DNA from: Torpedo marmorata
Taxonomy: Eukaryota
Direction of reading: 5' to 3'
Length of the DNA: 64,000 bases
Assembly (NCBI GenBank): GCA_977017645.1
Contig: OZ360221.1
Span: 94,302,001 to 94,366,000, forward strand
In this document: positions 61,001-64,000 of the stretch, in pieces
Position numbering within the stretch: position 1 is the stretch's first letter
Layout: each line of letters begins with the position of its first letter
Notes under the pieces: generated by a model
The model's input: only the letters and a program-made list of their open reading frames with translations
What the model was told of the DNA's origin: nothing
Database searches by the model: none
Program-made: the position numbers and the translations under genes

Positions 61001-62491
61001 GTGGACCGAGTCCAGGTGCAGTGCCGGGAGCCCGGCGCCCCTCAGTGCGAAGGTTTGGAACGTTTCCGCATTTACGAGTCTCTTGCCCTTGAGGTCCACT
61101 AGGAGGCTGTGGGCCCACAGGAAGTCTGCCCCGAGGAGTGGCTGTTCCACTGCGGGCAGCGTGAACTCCCACGGGATGTAACTGCCTCCGAACTGCAGCT
61201 CGGCCCTATGCTTTCCATAGGTCCGTATGCTGCTGTTGTTGGCAGCCTGCATCTAGTGTCCAAACCTGTCGGGGGCATCACGTTGACCTCCGCTCCTGTA
61301 TCCACCAAGAATCATCTGCCGGAAAGGCGATCCCATACGTACAGGAGGCTCTCTCGATGGCCAGCCGGTGTGGCCATCAGCGACGGCTGGCCTTGTCGTT
61401 TTCCTGGAACTCGCAGGGCGACCGGCATCGGCGGGCCTTGGAGCTCCATCTTTGGTGGTAGAAGCACCATCTCTCCTTGGACTCGTCCCTGCCTCTTGCC
61501 TGCCGCTCCTTTCCAGGGTCTGCCTTGGTCTGCTTGTGAGACTTTGTGACGAGCCCCACGGTAGCCGAGCACTTCTGTTTCTGCTTCCACAGAATATCTG
61601 CCCGTGCTGCGACTTTCTGGGGGTCGCTGAAATCCACGTCACCCAGGAGCAGTTCGATGTCCTCAGGCAGCTGCTCCAAGAATGCCTGCTCGAACATGAC
61701 GCAGGGCTCGTGGTCTCCCAGGAGGGCTAGCATCTCGTTCATGAGTGCTGACGGGGATCTGTCCCCTAGCCCATCCAGGTGGAGTAGCCATGCCCCTCTC
61801 TCTCGCCGCGAGAGCCCGAAGGTCTCAGTCAATAACTCTTTGAAGGCAGTGTAAGTGCCTTCCAATGGTGGCCTCTGGATGAAGTTGGCCACCCTGTCTG
61901 CAGTCTCTGGATACAGGGCGCTGACCACATGGTAGTACCATGTGGTCTCAGCTGTGATGCCCCAAATCTGGAACTGAGCCTCAGCCTGGTCGAACAACAC
62001 GTCGGGTCGAAACTGTTCAGAAGCTTCGGGAGCTTGAGGCCGACTGCGCTGATCGCTGCTGCACTATCCATCGCTGGGTTTAGATGCCGCCTAAACCGTC
62101 AGGGTCACCAATTGTAGCGACTGCTACGAAGAAACACACACACGCAGTGTGGAAGGTTAAGCTCTCTGCTTTATTGAGGCTGGAAATGCTTCTTTTATAC
62201 AGTTGGAGTTCCCGCCGTTTGGTTGATTGGTTGACATCAGCCGCATGAATAACAATAGCGGGCGGGAACGTTCTTGCATATGAATACCCTTCTTCCCCAG
62301 CCTGGTATTGATCTGTTAGCTGGGCAGCTTGGCCAGCGCCATTTTAGGGCTGCTGATCTTGTACTGCTCCAGCTTTCAACCGCGCTGGTTCGCTATGCTA
62401 AGGGTCGCGTTACAGTGTGTTATGCCGCTGTTTACTACCGAGCGCACCGCGCGATGTGCCGGCTCGATCTCCGCGGTGGCAGGCCGCCACA
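58011..62491 (-). mobile_element. Near full-length Ty3/Gypsy LTR retrotransposon, decayed, related to 18903-23210
   Basis: LTRs 58011-58388 and 62113-62491; TSD CTAT (58007-58010, 62492-62495); PBS TGGTGACCCTGAC (tRNA-Trp type) ending 62110; PPT near 58392; gag, LVDTGA, HLDD, integrase GLVER, PYEGPF. Confidence 0.97.
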
Positions 62492-62647
62492 CTATATTCA
62501 TTCTTTTTAGTGTTACCTCTTCCAACCCAGACCTCCAACTCTCTCCCTTTTACTTCAGTCTCCAATCTCCATCACGTCGACACATGTCTTCCCCGGCAAT
62601 CCACACAAATAGAAAAGAGTAAGTATAAAGTTAAAGAATACATTAAA

Positions 62648-64000
62648 GAAAACTATATATAGATGGAGATTTAATTCCTCTTTATTGAAAAGAACGAATT
62701 TTTGTAATTATATAAGAAGAGAAATTCAAGAATTTTTACAGATTAATTCTGATACCATTGACAATACATTTATTATTTGGGAGGCTTTGAAAGCTTATTT
62801 CAGAGGTCAATAATAAGTTATTCATCAAAAATTAAGAAGGAATATATTCAGGAATTGGATAATTTGGAGAAGGAGATTGAGTTTTTGGAGAAGGATTTGC
62901 AAAAAAAGAGATCAGAAGAAAAGAGGAAAAATTTAATTGAGAAAAAATTATATTATAATACGTTACAAACATATAAAATGGAAAAATTAATTGAAAGAAC
63001 TAAGCAAAGATATTATGAATTGGGAGAAAGAGCTCATAATGTCTTAGCCTGGCAATTAAAGAAAGAACAAACTTCTAGAACTATAACGGCTATAAAAAGG
63101 AATTCTAAGAAAATAACATACAAACCGCGAGAAATAAATGATTCTTTCAAGGATTTTTATTTAAATTTATATAAATCTCAAACTGATAAAGATGATTCTA
63201 AAATTAATGAATTTTTATCTAAAATTAAGATGCTGAGGTTAAATATTCGTAGTAAAGGATTTTTAGATTCATCGTTTACGATGAGAGAAGTTAATGAGGT
63301 TCTTAGTTCTTTAACAAGTGGAAAATCTCTGGGGGAGGATGGTTTCCCATCAGAATTTTATAAGGAATTTAAGGATTTATTGATACCTCCTTATATGGAG
63401 ATGTTAAAACAAATAACGGAAACTCATTCTCTAACGGAAACTTTTTCAAATGCAATAATAACAGTTATACCTAAAAAAGATAGAGATTTGTTGAAAACAG
63501 AATCATACAGACCAATTTCGTTGCTAAACGTGGATTATAAGATAATGGCGAAAATTTTAGCAAATAGTGTGGCTAAATATTTACCAGATTTAATTCATGT
63601 AGATCAAGCAGGTTTTATTAAGAATAGATATTCAAAAGATAATATAGTCAGATTAATTAGTTTAACAAATGTGGCACAAAAGAGAGAGGAATTTGCATTA
63701 GTATTAACGTTAGATGCCGAAAAGGCTATTGACAGATTAGAGTGGAATTACTTATTTAAAGTACTGGAAAAATTTGGTTTTGGAACTACATTTATTAATT
63801 GGATTAAAACTATATATAAAGAACCCTCTGCTAGAGTGGTCACAAATGGACAAATTTTTTCAAAATTTTCTTTGACCAGGTCAACTAGACAAAGATGTCC
63901 TTTGTCGCCAGCATTGTTTATTTTAGCAATAGAACTTTTAGCAGAATTAATTAGACAGAATATTAAGATTGAAGGTATTAAAGTTGGTAATGAAGAGCAT
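62648..64000 (+). mobile_element. 5'-truncated family A L1 ORF2, runs off the window
   Basis: KTIYRWRFNSSLLKR..RYYELGERAH..YRPISLLNVDYK..DAEKA..RQRCPLSP, homologous to 14815-16170. Confidence 0.92.

Larger units (their letters stand above)
47763..62647 (-). mobile_element. L1 family C (ORF2 and inter-ORF spacer) in pieces 47763-50955, 57196-58010 and 62496-62647
   Basis: Poly(T) at 47764; ORFs 48659-50137, 50202-50690, 57501-57713, 57692-57997 (MSNIVKFMNFNING start). Confidence 0.88.

Noticed and set aside
1-64000. Prokaryotic systems (CRISPR, retrons, defence operons) suggested by the many RT ORFs
   Set aside because: All RTs belong to eukaryotic CR1, L1, Rex or Gypsy elements; a spliced vertebrate gene is present; no repeat-spacer array seen

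Overview
Vertebrate genomic DNA, most likely from a cartilaginous fish; this is inferred from the repeat content (HE1/V-type and Deu-domain SINEs, CR1, Rex1/Babar, AT-rich L1, Penelope-like elements). The only host gene I can support is the 5' end of integrin alpha-8 (ITGA8, + strand): a CpG-rich promoter and coding exons 1-4 at 35763-40183, then more than 23 kb of intron 4 made almost wholly of nested L1s and a Gypsy element. The rest is mostly layered transposable elements, many with readable target-site duplications (TSDs). Highlights: (1) a 762-bp non-autonomous hAT element (8-bp TSD) that appears to have captured the first coding exon of axonemal dynein DNAH10 with RFX X-box-like promoter motifs; (2) an ORF1-only 'half-L1' retrocopy with its own TSD; (3) an L1 with an uninterrupted 1263-aa ORF2; (4) a Gypsy element with a scrambled, partly inverted interior but intact LTRs, PBS, PPT and TSD; (5) a -1 frameshift hairpin with a compensatory base change shared by two Gypsy elements; (6) Penelope terminal repeats with hammerhead-like motifs; (7) a 5S rRNA-derived SINE. 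All homology calls come from recalled motifs; no database search was run.
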